IMG/VR virus record: IMGVR_UViG_3300032053_000042
Coordinates: 1 to 64,000 of that record
Strand: one strand, 5' to 3'
Length of the DNA stretch: 64,000 bases
From: a virus
Below the pieces are notes generated by a model. The model worked only from the letters and a program-made list of their open reading frames with translations, was not told the origin of the DNA and did not search any database. This document shows, in pieces, positions 27,058-37,692 of the stretch. How positions within the stretch are numbered: the first letter of the stretch is position 1; the number at the start of each line of letters is the position of its first letter. The translations under genes were made by a program, and so were the position numbers.

Positions 27058-27422
27058 CCTCGAATGCCCTTAGCAATGATAGCCGGAAGGACGTTGTCGA
27101 CGCGATTGTAGACCTCGCCATCAGAGCCCCTTGGCTTGACTAGGACGACCAACGTACATTGCTTCCCAAGTAGCTCGTCCGTGTCCAGCGTCTTAGGAAG
27201 GCCACCGAGAATAGCTTGGACCCAGCGACCTAATTTACTTTTCGACGAGAGTGTGGTACCTGTCCAAGCTCGTAGCTCCGTTCGTGTAGGGTTGTTAAGG
27301 ACAAAGTCGAACTGCAGTTCTGGTCCATACTTTCCTTCTGTGGCAGTAACCGCGGTAACGGTTGCGGGATACTCGCCCATTGGTATAGACTCAAATACTC
27401 GTTGTTGTAGCTTGACTCCCAT
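27054..27422 (-). CDS. Second DUF669-like/SSB-like protein
   Basis: IPMGEYPATV....GKYG..LQFDF; resembles 21245..21760 but lacks the acidic tail. Confidence 0.55.
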   Translation of the reverse strand: MGVKLQQRVFESIPMGEYPATVTAVTATEGKYGPELQFDFVLNNPTRTELRAWTGTTLSSKSKLGRWVQAILGGLPKTLDTDELLGKQCTLVVLVKPRGSDGEVYNRVDNVLPAIIAKGIRG

Positions 27423-27465
27423 GGCGTTGCCTCCTTCTTTTGAGTTTTGATGAGCTTGAGCTTCA

Positions 27466-27711
27466 TTACCAGTTCATCCTGCTGATTATCGCGCGAGACG
27501 CCCGTAGCTTTCTGTCTGCGGTCTCGACGCTCATAGTCTTGTACTGTGTACACGAGAATGAGCGTCTAACGCGCAATACGTCAACCATGTACTTACAGTA
27601 GCGTCCTGGCTTGTCCACGACACCTCGCAGACGATGTACGCACTTCGCACACAGTTGCTGCTTGACGCTCTCGTACCACTTCGGCGTCTTCGGTTTAGCC
27701 TTGGCTTTCAT
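27466..27711 (-). CDS. Small Cys-containing basic protein
   Basis: CAKC..C..C; GGAGGTG SD. Confidence 0.45.
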   Translation of the reverse strand: MKAKAKPKTPKWYESVKQQLCAKCVHRLRGVVDKPGRYCKYMVDVLRVRRSFSCTQYKTMSVETADRKLRASRAIISRMNW

Positions 27712-27842
27712 ATCCTCACCTCCCTTCTATACTATTCGAACACGTTATCTCGAGCCAGCGATAAGCGTAACCACGACAGCGATCACGCATAGCAAAATGA
27801 CTGTAAAGCCACCTATGTCGGCTATTGTCGCTAGTAGGCGCA

Positions 27843-28055
27843 TTATATCCTCCGCACAGGCTGTTCGTCGTCAATGTACCCACCAGGTGCGCGATATCGA
27901 CGCTGGAGCTCGTGAACGACTTCTGGCCACTCTCGCTCAATCTTTTCCAGGTTGTCCGTGTCGGCCCTTCGAATGAGAGCGAAGAGGAGCCCATAGAATG
28001 GAACATCCTTCGCCGCTAGTTCTTGCGAGACCGTGTAATCGTAGTGTGAAGCCAT
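27843..28055 (-). CDS. Hypothetical protein
   Basis: TAATG coupling to the HTH gene. Confidence 0.5.
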   Translation of the reverse strand: MASHYDYTVSQELAAKDVPFYGLLFALIRRADTDNLEKIEREWPEVVHELQRRYRAPGGYIDDEQPVRRI

Positions 28056-28285
28056 TACGCGTACGTCTCTTCGTCCGTGATAGGCTCTTGAGGAGCGTCT
28101 CCTGTTGAGCCCTCGCTCTCGCACTTCGTGAGCCAGGCCTCGATTGACGATCGGCGGAAGCGCCAAGTCCGGCCCATCTTGATAGCTGGAAGCTTGCCGC
28201 TCTGTGCCCACACGTAGATGGTCGTGGGTTTCATTCCCAGCATTTCGGCGACCTCTTTAATGGTTAGTAGCTCCTTCTTTTCCAT
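28055..28285 (-). CDS. MerR-like/excisionase-type HTH_17 DNA-binding protein
   Basis: LLTIKEVAEMLG....TIY.W...GKLPA.K.GR.WRF. Confidence 0.85.
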   Translation of the reverse strand: MEKKELLTIKEVAEMLGMKPTTIYVWAQSGKLPAIKMGRTWRFRRSSIEAWLTKCESEGSTGDAPQEPITDEETYA

Positions 28286-28326
28286 TATCTCTTTCTCCTT
28301 TCTCTTGCTACTCGGTCTCGACACAA

Positions 28327-28367
28327 CCGACGACTGTGGATTCGAACCACGGCGCCGTAGTCGTCGG
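28327..28367 (-). ncRNA. tRNA minihelix-like element (9-bp stem plus T-arm)
   Basis: CCGACGACT-ACGGCGCC-GTGG-TTCGAAT-CCAC-AGTCGTCGG; intergenic. Confidence 0.6.
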
Positions 28368-28375
28368 ATGCGCAG

Positions 28376-30532
28376 CTACTTCAGTGCTACTACCTGGTCG
28401 TTGACCACGATGGTCTGTGGCATGACTACACCCAGGGACCTTTCGACTGCGGCGATCACACGTTCTTGTTGCTCGATAGCTGTCTCGAGCGCCTTGACCA
28501 AGGCGGCTTCAGGGCAATTACTAAGCAGCTTAGTCTGGCTGTTCGCGACCACAAGGTCCCACACATCCAACGCCGCCTTAGCTCGCTCCATAGCCGGATG
28601 CGTCTGCAGTTGAGCCTGTGCACGTCCTAGTACGGCCTTCAGATTGGTCAGCATGATATCCGCGTCCTCACGTCTCTTTGCTAGATTCACACTCATTATT
28701 GTTACCTCCTTTCGTAAGCTCGATTTCCACGACAAGAGCGTCGATTGATAAGCCTGCGTCTCGAACTCGTTCCTCGAGTAGTGTCAGCTGAGGCACGAAC
28801 TCGTACACTTCGAGAAGAGCCTTACTAGCCTGTTGTAGAGTTGTAAGCAGAGCTGCGTTACGCACGCGAACAGCGTCTGCCTGTGCGTCTTTCCACAGAG
28901 TCTGGAACTGCTTTATCGCAGAAGGTATTCCTCCGTGCCTCCACGTGGCAGCTAGTCGACGCTGCCAGTAGTTCCTCAGGTCGTCCCCGACTAGCACAGG
29001 TGCAGGTGTATTAGTTGCCATCTGTGGACTCCTCGGTCTCTAGCTTCTCGGTCTCTGGCTCAGGCGTAGGCGTCGGCTCAGGCCTAGCCAGGTTCGTGGC
29101 TTCACGTACTTGCAAGCCTATGTTGTAGCCGTGTTGCCAAGCGTTATCCCAGGACTTGTAGAACTCGGCCATAGCCCGGACGATACTAGTGTTAAGCCAC
29201 GCGTGTCGAGTAGCTTGCCAGTTAGCTTGTCGCTCAACTCTATCAGCTTGCGGTAGTTCGTGCTTCGGCATACTTAGCCTCCTTTCTCTTCGAGTGCTTG
29301 TACATACTCGTCGTAGATCTGCTTACCCACGTGCTTCTCAATGCCTGCGTGCTCCTCAATGTCCGTAGGACGGTGTGAGAGACTTTTCATTAGACGCTCT
29401 ACTCGTGGAAATGGTACATTGGAATCTGGAGCTAGAACTCCCTGTGTCTCTTCCATATCGAAATGCAGCTCGTTTCGCATTGCCGCCCGAATGAGTCCAG
29501 CATGGTACCGCATTCCAGAAACGTCAAGAGCCTCAAGGATATTGAGTATCATCTTGACAGTGTCCTTGAACGAGTAGGTGTTCATAGGCCACCAGCTGGA
29601 CATCACCCGGAGATTGAAGTCGTTTAACCACAGGCAGATGTGATGGTGGGCCTTACGGATATCCGCCTTCGCTAGGTGGCTCACTTTCTTGTCTTCGATC
29701 ATCCTAGCCAAGTAGTCGCGAGTCTGACGGAAGGCGTACATTAGTTGAGCCTGCTGTGGCTGAAGCTGAGGTTCTACTCCTAACATGGATTCAATACCTC
29801 CTCCGCTCGCTTAGCCTGCTCTTCCATTAGAGCTCTTGCTGCAGCTACTAGAATCTCAGATGTACTCGCGAGTCGATACTCGACGACGTCCTGGTCGCCT
29901 ACCGTACGGTTTATCTGGACGTATAGCGTAGGCGTCCAAAGGAATGTGCCATCGCATCCATCAGGAACGATGTGGTCCATCCAGTCGTCGTCCTCGTTGT
30001 CGTCAGGATCTCGCATATCGTTACATTCGGCTCCGTCTGCACAGTGTAGGCAGCCTTCGTCGCTAGGACAAGGCCATAGGAAACCTTCGTCGCCTGGGCG
30101 TTTGGGCTCGCTTGGTGCTAGCTCAAGTACAGGCCCAACGTAGGTCTGAGCCGCCCAGCCACCGGCGACACTGAACGCGTTACTGATAGCCTCTAAGGCG
30201 TCGTGGACTATCTTGTTAAGTTTGTCCCATATGTTAGGCTCTGGTACAAGCTCGTGTTGCTGGTCGTCCAGATTGCATTCACCAGCACCGTGGCACTTTG
30301 TACAGGCTGCGTCACAGGCCGCTTTGTCGTCCGTGAATTTCTGTAGCGCCACGATGTACTCATCTGGTAGGTTTGGTAGCGAAGCCTCAGGGTCTTCGTC
30401 TGGATGCTCCACAGGCTGTCTAGCTAGAGGGACATCATTGATGAGTTCTGTTAGAGCACACTCGCCTACGTCGTCACATTCGTCACAACTTCCGTCGCAG
30501 TCTTCTCGTTCTGGCTCTTGTTTTGCTGTCAT
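28376..30532 (-). CDS. Five small hypothetical early genes (28376-28696, 28668-29021, 29011-29271, 29274-29786, 29780-30532; the last is acidic and Cys-rich)
   Basis: Tightly packed ORFs with GGAG/GGAGG SDs; no recognisable family. Confidence 0.55.
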
Positions 30533-30578
30533 TGTCTTGCCTCCTCTCTTCTACTAGTACTATTACTATTACGACCAT

Positions 30579-30697
30579 TGCAGGCGTCGGGATTTGAACC
30601 CTTACTACATTATTTTAAGTCTTCTCCTCGCCGCTCGGCTTGAGGACTAGGAATATGCCTAGTGGACCTGCACGAAACCCGTCGTGCTCGCGCCTGC
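30579..30697 (-). ncRNA. Degenerate tRNA-like RNA
   Basis: GCAGGCG/CGCCTGC-A acceptor; GCACGA/TCGTGC; ACTAGG/CCTAGT; CCTC/GAGG; GGG-TTCAAAT-CCC T-arm; intergenic. Confidence 0.55.
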
Positions 30698-30703
30698 TCG
30701 TTA

Positions 30704-33363
30704 CTAATGAAACCGACCTATGGCCACTGCTAATCGAATGAAGGCGTAGAGGATAGCCACTACGCCAAGCGCTATAACCACGAACCACAGACATCCAACA
30801 CAACTTACACAGCCTTCGTAAGGTCGTGGGTCGTCGCCACAGAGCTCAGGGTTAGTCATAATGGTCCCTCCCAGGTCCTCGCCTCGGCTATACCTTGCTC
30901 GAGAAGGTCTATACACTCTTTAACCCAAGTAGGGGTCTGTGCCAACGGCTGCCGACGCTCAATTTCGTTTTGCACAATCTCATGTACCTCGTCGTTTCCT
31001 CGCTCGAGTATGTCGGCTAGCTGCTTAAGGGGAGCCTCTCGAATAGCTCTCGTAAAGAGCTCTCGCTGTCCATCTGGAGTGAGGCTCTCCACGATCTTGC
31101 GTGTCCAGGACCACAGGTAGTCGTGCATGAACTCTGACGCACTCTTGCTCATAATGGTCCCTCCCAGTGTGCTCGTTTCCAGTCTTCGAGCTGTAGGGTA
31201 AGTTCACGATTACGTGTTTCGAGTTCACAGCGCTGCCGAATGAGCTCGTCGATTCGAGCGTACAGATTGACCACACCCGTGTGGATGTCCAGCTCAGCCT
31301 TTGTGGCCGGATGATAGCGCGTTTCGGTACCGAATACTTCGCACACCATATAGATTCGATCGTCTGGTTGTGGCACAGGTTGTGGTACAGGTTGTGGCCT
31401 ATTAAGTACTCGTCGGAGAACTTCGTTGCTTTTCTGTAGCTCGCCTATGGTATACTCACGACTTCGTAGCGTATCAGTCAGCTTGTCCAGCTGGTCACGT
31501 AGTACAAGGTTGTTTAGGGCGTCGTTGTAGAAGCTAAGTGCTGGGCTCATGACTCCTCCTTGATATTGGTACAGCACTCGTTACACACTACTTTCCCATG
31601 TACCACCCTAGACCACCCTCTACTGTTAGGCGCTTCACTGGTCTTGCCGCACAAGACGCACGACAACCTTTGGGTGTTAGCGTATACTCTTGACGCCTGC
31701 CCAAGGCAAGCTACGCACATGTTTCTGTTACCTGCCTGTGTTGCAATCCAACCTAGCGTCTCTCCTTCGGGGATTGGTAGTTCGCAAACCCGACATATTC
31801 TACTTGTGTCGTCAATCCTGGAGGCAGGCTCATCGTGCTCCATCTCGTCGAGCATTCTGTATTCTTCTTCCGTTGGTGTCTTCGTACATCCAGGCGGCGG
31901 TACGATGTACTTTCTCATCCCTAGCTTGTGCGCCGCTGCCTCGATTTGAGCGTCGGTGGCTTGGCCAAACATTTCTGCGTTAAAGGCAGATGGTTTGAGC
32001 CATACATACAGCGTCTCGCCTGGCTCGCTAGTCGAGGCCAGCTTGGTAGCCTCGTCTAGACAGCATAATCGGTCACAGGCTTCACGAAGGGTTAACAACT
32101 TCGCTTTATAATTTACCAGTACCTGGACAATTGCCTGGTGAATCTCATTGGACGATTGGGCTGGCTCAGGTGTAGGCGCTGGTCGAAAGGCTTCTTCGAT
32201 ACGATGCTCGATCTCCTTCACAGCCCGCTCTCGGAAGGAGACGTCGTGCATGTCACCACGTGGAGTGTAGGCATGTGAAGCATACGTCACAAGTTCCCAG
32301 ATAGACATATCTGTGATAGGCTTATCGGATAGCGATAGCGTTTGCGGCTGATAGCCCCAGATAGTACGGTTACGCCAGTCTTCGAGTGCTTTGATTCGCT
32401 CCTCCTGAGCACCAAGACGCACGTCGCGCTCGTTTAGAGCCTCTGCGACCATCCGGTTAATAGTGTTGACGAGCTTTTCTGGGTCGAAGTCTGTCATTGT
32501 ATCCTCCTGCTCTTTCTATGGGTATTGATTTATCGTAACATTCTCTGCATCGATAAATGTTTCCATCATAACAACTAAATGTTACAATGACATCTGGCAT
32601 ACTAAGCACCTTTCCCCACAATCTGCACACCTACCTGAAGGAGTAGACTCTGACTGTGGTGCAGGCGTAGGTTCGGTAGGCTTGGACTCGACTGAAACTC
32701 GCTGGAGCGCTTCCATAGCAGTTTGTTGGGCCTTCTCGGCCTCGACTTTAGCCCACCACTCGTCGTTCAACTCGAGTAGACGAGCCTGGGTCATTTCGCC
32801 TCTGCTCTCGCCCTCACCAATGAACTGTACCTGATAGCCACCGAAGCGCTTGTGCCATTCTACTTGACGCTCTGGACGATGAGCTTCTAGGTCGCCTTTG
32901 GCAAAGCCTCCATCGCTGCACAGGTGGTTGGCTAGGCCTTCACCTGTCTCAGCGATAAGAGTGTAGAGTCCTTCGCCAAGGTCGTCAGGCCCAAGGATGT
33001 ATAGTTTCATCGCTGTCCTCCAGTTTCCTGTGGCCTGTGGGCCCGTAGTAAGCGCAGGTATGAGATGGTCTCACGAACTCTAGGCAATTGAAGCTCTGTA
33101 CCTAGGTCTTCCCAGACGAGCTGGAACTTAGGGTCGTTGGAGACGATGCGCGCTAGGCCTTCCTGGTTATGGTACAGTAGACGCGTTGAGTATCTTGGCA
33201 TCTCCTTGATAGAAGTCGGCCAAGTCTGCTGGCGACCACACAGAGCTTGCCAGGCTAGATAACGCGCTTGGCTAGGGGACTTTGCAATGACCAGCTCTTT
33301 GACTGTCGAGAATGTCTCGCGAACTAGGTACAGGTTAAGGTTAAGGCCAGAGTTGAGTTTCAT
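30704..33363 (-). CDS. Six hypothetical early genes (30704-30859, 30856-31152, 31149-31550, 31547-32497, 32582-33010, 33007-33363)
   Basis: Mostly ATGA-coupled ORFs; 31547-32497 ends in tandem CxxC Zn-finger motifs. Confidence 0.55.
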
Positions 33364-33944
33364 TTTGAAACTCCCTGGGAGCCTTCCATAGTATCCTGTG
33401 CGACCTCTGCGCGTTCGATGTGCTCGCTGGTTGCTGCTTGCTCTCGTGCAATCAGTTCACGATCGGCCACACAGGCCATGCAGGTAGCGCGCAAGCCGTC
33501 GTCTTCATATGCGTCGACTTCGAAGGCACTAATAGGTTTGGCCTGGCCACAGGCGGCGCAGTGTTTGACTAGCTCGATGCCCTCTGCATCCGCTTTTGCC
33601 CATCGGCGTTTGAACTTGAACAGGAACTGGTACTTTCGTGAAGCTCTAGATGGTGCGTCTTCTCCTTCCTTCGAAATGAATCCGCCTAGCACAGGTGCAG
33701 ACTCGGTCTTGATAGGAAATACGTCTTGGAGAACTCGTACGTCGATAGCGTTCTGAGCTTTCTCCATAAAGTAGCAGACGATACAGGTGTCCTCTAGGCC
33801 GTCCTCGATTAGGTTACTGATAGCGAACTCAGTAACGGGCTTTGCGGTTTGACAGAGAACGCACTGCTTAACTACTACTTTATCCTGTGCTCCAGCCTCG
33901 CGCCGCTTTCGTTGCAGCTCAATGAGTTGAGTACTATTTAGCAT
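33360..33944 (-). CDS. Protein with two repeated CxxC...CxxC Zn fingers
   Basis: KQCVLC..AKP...F....DGL..TC..C and KHCAAC..AKP...F....DGL..TC..C. Confidence 0.65.
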   Translation of the reverse strand: MLNSTQLIELQRKRREAGAQDKVVVKQCVLCQTAKPVTEFAISNLIEDGLEDTCIVCYFMEKAQNAIDVRVLQDVFPIKTESAPVLGGFISKEGEDAPSRASRKYQFLFKFKRRWAKADAEGIELVKHCAACGQAKPISAFEVDAYEDDGLRATCMACVADRELIAREQAATSEHIERAEVAQDTMEGSQGVSK

Positions 33945-33957
33945 TGTTGAGCCTCCT

Positions 33958-33992
33958 TTCGTTCGTTCGTTCGTTCGTTCGTTCGTTCGTTC
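33958..33992 (-). repeat. (CGAA)n tetranucleotide repeat, about 8 copies, abutting an SD
   Basis: ttcgttcg... run directly upstream of AGGAGG on the minus strand. Confidence 0.9.
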
Positions 33993-34107
33993 TCGGCCCG
34001 TACACGACTATCGATTTCACGCCGAGCCTGCTTGTGCGCCCCTCGAATAGCGAATTAGCTTGATTAGGGCCCGTGCGCGTGCACCCGAACTAACTTAAAC
34101 TGTCCTT

Positions 34108-34136
34108 ATTATACATTATTTCAAACCAAAAGTCTA
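34108..34136 (-). promoter_or_regulatory. Sigma70-type early promoter
   Basis: TAGACT-17 bp (..GAAATAATG)-TATAAT. Confidence 0.75.
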
Positions 34137-35136
34137 CGTACCAACGAGGCAATTTCGAGTTTTCGCGCAGCGCAAAATGTATTTGATTTTTAGGGTAGTA
34201 GGATGTCAACTTAAATAGTAGGGCGACACAGTTGGTGTATGCTGGGCACATCTATATGCCATACTCTAGTCGGCTGAAGCGTTCAAGGATATGGATATGT
34301 GTGTTATATCACTCTACTTGCCACATTTTGACTTTAGATGCCATACGGCGTTATCTAGTGTACGTGGCCCAGGATTGCACAGGTGGTTAGCATTGGCACT
34401 CTGGAATGGCATCAAAGGGTTCGGTCGAAAGCCACCAAGTATAAAATACCGCAAGGACTTGGCAACGGGCGTTATCGAGTGAGCTTTCCGTAATGCCATG
34501 TGGATCCTACATGTCCCAAAGTCTAGACATAATAGGTCTAAATTAGAATAGTGAGTATAAAGGGGTCCCCCTATATACACGCTTTTAGAACCTACAAAAT
34601 CTATTTAGTTGAGGGTTCGAATCTAGGAATATACATACATATATACACATATCTATATATATATATATCTATATCCTTATATGCTTACTAGTGGCGCTCT
34701 GGTGATTGTAGCGATTGGCCGTGTATGTATGTGTGAAAACGTATAAAAAACAGCAAGGGCAATCCACGGCTCCGAACCTAAGTTATAGCTCCATTCGATT
34801 TGAGTCCTCGGTGAATTGTAGATGGGATCAATGAAGTTCGCAATTTTTGGAAAGTGGACTTGTCCATGATCTTTCCCTTTTGCGATTCTTATACACCCTG
34901 TTGGCACCCTGTTGGTCTCGGCGCCTTTCGTGTTCGGGTGGACAAACTCGCTATACCCCTTCCATAGGCGACTCGCCCTGGGCTTGCCTACGGTACCAAT
35001 CATGAAAGACATGCACTGTGATGTGCCCAGAAAGAGTACATACTCCGTGTTACCCCGTGGGCGCCCTGTATCAGGCGTTCGCGCACGAGGACTGACCTAG
35101 GGCTCTGACGTGAACTGGCGCTTCGTACATCGACAA

Positions 35137-35173
35137 AGGAAAAGGCGCCAGCCAATTTCTTGGCTGACGCCCT
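35137..35173 (-). terminator. Intrinsic terminator
   Basis: GGCGTCAGCCAA-GAAA-TTGGCTGGCGCC followed by TTTTCCTTT, downstream of 35193..35669. Confidence 0.75.
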
Positions 35174-35192
35174 ACCTCTCTGAGGCGTCGGA

Positions 35193-35669
35193 CTAGAGCT
35201 TGTTGAGCAAATTGCTGAAGTCCGCTGGTACTGCGGGCTCGGTGGTCACGACGGTCTCACCGGGCTCGTTGTCGTCCTCAGCGTCTTCAATCTCTGTATC
35301 GCCTGCTGGGTTAGCCGCGGCCTCGGCTAAAGCCTTCTCGGTCAGGCTGGCGATAATCGCGTTCAAGACCTGGATGGTAGTAGCCTGGGCAGGTCCTACG
35401 GCGATCAGATCCTGTACGAGTTTCTTGGTTGCACGTGCGTGACGAAGCTGGGTGCCAGAGCTGACACCGGCTGCACGAGCCTCACCGCGCTCGGGCGGGA
35501 CGAACTTGGCCAGAGAGGCCTCTTCGAGTAGCAGATGGCCCATCTCATCGCGGACCCACGCAATACTGCCTGCGTGGACGTACTGACGAGTTCGCGCTGT
35601 GCTGCGACCGATCTTGGTGGCTGCCTGTCGTAGCGTAACATAACCTTGCTTACCTGTAGCTGCTGACAT
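35193..35669 (-). CDS. HTH DNA-binding protein (paralogue of 41047..41475)
   Basis: YVTLRQAA..IGRS..RTRQ....G. Confidence 0.6.
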   Translation of the reverse strand: MSAATGKQGYVTLRQAATKIGRSTARTRQYVHAGSIAWVRDEMGHLLLEEASLAKFVPPERGEARAAGVSSGTQLRHARATKKLVQDLIAVGPAQATTIQVLNAIIASLTEKALAEAAANPAGDTEIEDAEDDNEPGETVVTTEPAVPADFSNLLNKL

Positions 35670-35805
35670 AGTTGTGTAGCCTCCTTCGTGTGTACTGTAA
35701 CTTATGGTAGCCTGGCCTTGCTGACCAGCGAGCCTCGAACCAGAAAGCGTGTGCGTTTATTTCATTGATGCCCTCCTTTTGCTTACTGTTCAATCTTACC
35801 TATAT

Positions 35806-35834
35806 AGCATACAACATTTCAGATTGAAAGTCCA
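35806..35834 (-). promoter_or_regulatory. Sigma70-type early promoter
   Basis: TGGACT-17 bp (..GAAATGTTG)-TATGCT. Confidence 0.6.
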
Positions 35835-35927
35835 CGTAACAACGTCGATTTTTCGGATTTTGCGTAGCGCAGTATTTCAGGTTATTAAGGTGCTACCACA
35901 AACTCACCTAGCGCCTTCCATATGGTC

Positions 35928-37203
35928 CTAGCGATTAGCGGTGTAGCAGTTGAGCCCGAGCTTGACCTCTGGCCGCCCAGGAACTGGGACGTTACCACTA
36001 GTGGTGGCAATCATCAGCGACTTGCCAGAGCCGCTAGGGGTCTTGGCAACTTTGTCGAGCTCTATCTCGATGATGAGCTTCGAGCCTTGCAGGGACATCT
36101 TGATGTTGCTCTGTGGTGTAAGTGTTTCCATGTTACCTCCTTTCGTTAGGAATCGAAACTCGCGTAGCGCCTTCCATATGGGCAAGCCTCTGACTTCCAG
36201 GCACGCCCAGCCCCTAGCCCTAAGGTCCTGTCCGTTCAATCTAGGTGGCGCGTGTATGGGCCCCTCGCTAGGAGAGGCCCATCGTATCCGACGCCTAGGC
36301 GACGTAGAAGCTGGTCATCCAGCGTTCGTGGATCAGGTGCAAGACGTCCGGACCATCCCATCTGGTGATAGCACCGTGACCGTATTGTTGCGCGTCAATC
36401 GCCTTATTCAGAAGGCGGTTGCGCTGAACTCCTAGAGTAGCAGGCGGAGCCCAGCTTTCCACGAGCTTGAATCCATCGATGACTCGGAAGATCTGGTAGC
36501 CTTTGAATGGTTTGCACATGTTAGCGGGTTTCCTCCTTCAGTATCTCACCACAAGCTTGGCAGACCTTATATGAGTGGTGCCCACTGTGGAGCCACTTGT
36601 AGCTCGTGTGTGGACAGGTTTGACGCTCCATCGACGCGCCCTGGGCCTTCTTCGTGGCCATGACGAACTTACGACGATAGCTGGTTCGCGTGCTCACTCT
36701 GTGCCTCCTTAACTGTTGTGATGTCGACGCTTACGCACTGGCCTGTGGTTGGGTGGGCCATTGTAGCACAGGAGACCCTACCGTCAGCCTTGGTGCACCA
36801 GTTGATCTTGTAGCCCTTAGCCTTCAGGGCCTCGACTAGCTGGTCAACCACGGTGTAGGCCTCGGCTAAGGTTGTGACCTCCTTGAGCTCGTTGCCTTTC
36901 GTACCTGTGGCATGAAGACGTACTTGGATCATGTTACCTCCTTTCTTCGTGGGTTTCTGAGCGCGCTTCGATAGCGATGGCCAGTAGCTCGTTGGTCGAG
37001 AAGTCGTGAGGAGCTACTTCTAGTATGGCCATATGTACGACTATTTCTTCGAGTACTCCTTTAGGGGAGTTACGAAAGCCGAGATGTAGATGCTGGTACT
37101 CCTTGTAGTAGGCAGCATAGAACGCGTCGAACTCGACTGCGTACGTGGCAAGGATGCTACGTGTGGCGGTCCACGGCTTTCTAGGAACCTGTGGTAAGTT
37201 CAC
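35928..37203 (-). CDS. Four small hypothetical genes (35928-36131, 36295-36519, 36669-36932, 36934-37203)
   Basis: Each has a GGAG(G) SD; no function recognised. Confidence 0.5.
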
Positions 37204-37550
37204 TTAACTCCTCGGTAGCCCAGGCTCTGTACGACAAGAGCAGCCTGTGTAATAGCAAGCTGCTCGACGTTCAGTATCTTCTCTTTCGACTTAGCTGTAG
37301 TCGTACGCCACCCACCACAGTAGAACATGTTACGGATGCACCCGGTTTTGAGGTCTAGTAAGCGTACGCGGTCCCAACCGTAGCTGTGCCTGTATGTACC
37401 ATCCTCTTGTCGCGTACTCCACTTCCGGATAGCCACAAACTTGTAGCCTCGTTTCGTAGCGCGCTGGATGTACTTCTCCAGTTCTGCTTGTAGGTCCTTT
37501 TGGTACTGCTCACCTTCGGACCACCCTTCATGACGCTGTAGCTTACTCAT
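37200..37550 (-). CDS. Early paralogue family member 1
   Basis: GW...L.KYI.RA.KRG...KW.T...RV.LLD.KTG..R..FYCGG. Confidence 0.65.
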   Translation of the reverse strand: MSKLQRHEGWSEGEQYQKDLQAELEKYIQRATKRGYKFVAIRKWSTRQEDGTYRHSYGWDRVRLLDLKTGCIRNMFYCGGWRTTTAKSKEKILNVEQLAITQAALVVQSLGYRGVK

Positions 37551-37663
37551 GCTGCTCCTTTTCTGGTCTCTGGTTTGTGAGAACACGACACATAGTAGGA
37601 AAGAGATGGGTCACATTCATGTACGCTCCTTTCTAATACTCACTATCCAATCGTTACAAAGTT

Positions 37664-37692
37664 AGTATACATTATTTTGGGAAAAAAGTCCA
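37664..37692 (-). promoter_or_regulatory. Sigma70-type early promoter
   Basis: TGGACT-17 bp (..AAAATAATG)-TATACT. Confidence 0.7.

Noticed and set aside
28055-28285. Evidence of a prophage or integration module
   Set aside because: An HTH_17 protein alone is insufficient; no integrase or host flank in the window
26727-30697. Calling the tRNA-like elements functional tRNAs (e.g. tRNA-Sec)
   Set aside because: No canonical 7-nt YU-NNN-R anticodon loop, no UCA, no encoded CCA
34611-34630. GGTTCGAATC T-loop-like sequence
   Set aside because: Flanks do not form a T-stem or acceptor stem
35092-35125. Hammerhead ribozyme (CTGAC... segments)
   Set aside because: Lacks the CUGANGA core and correctly placed GAAA/stems
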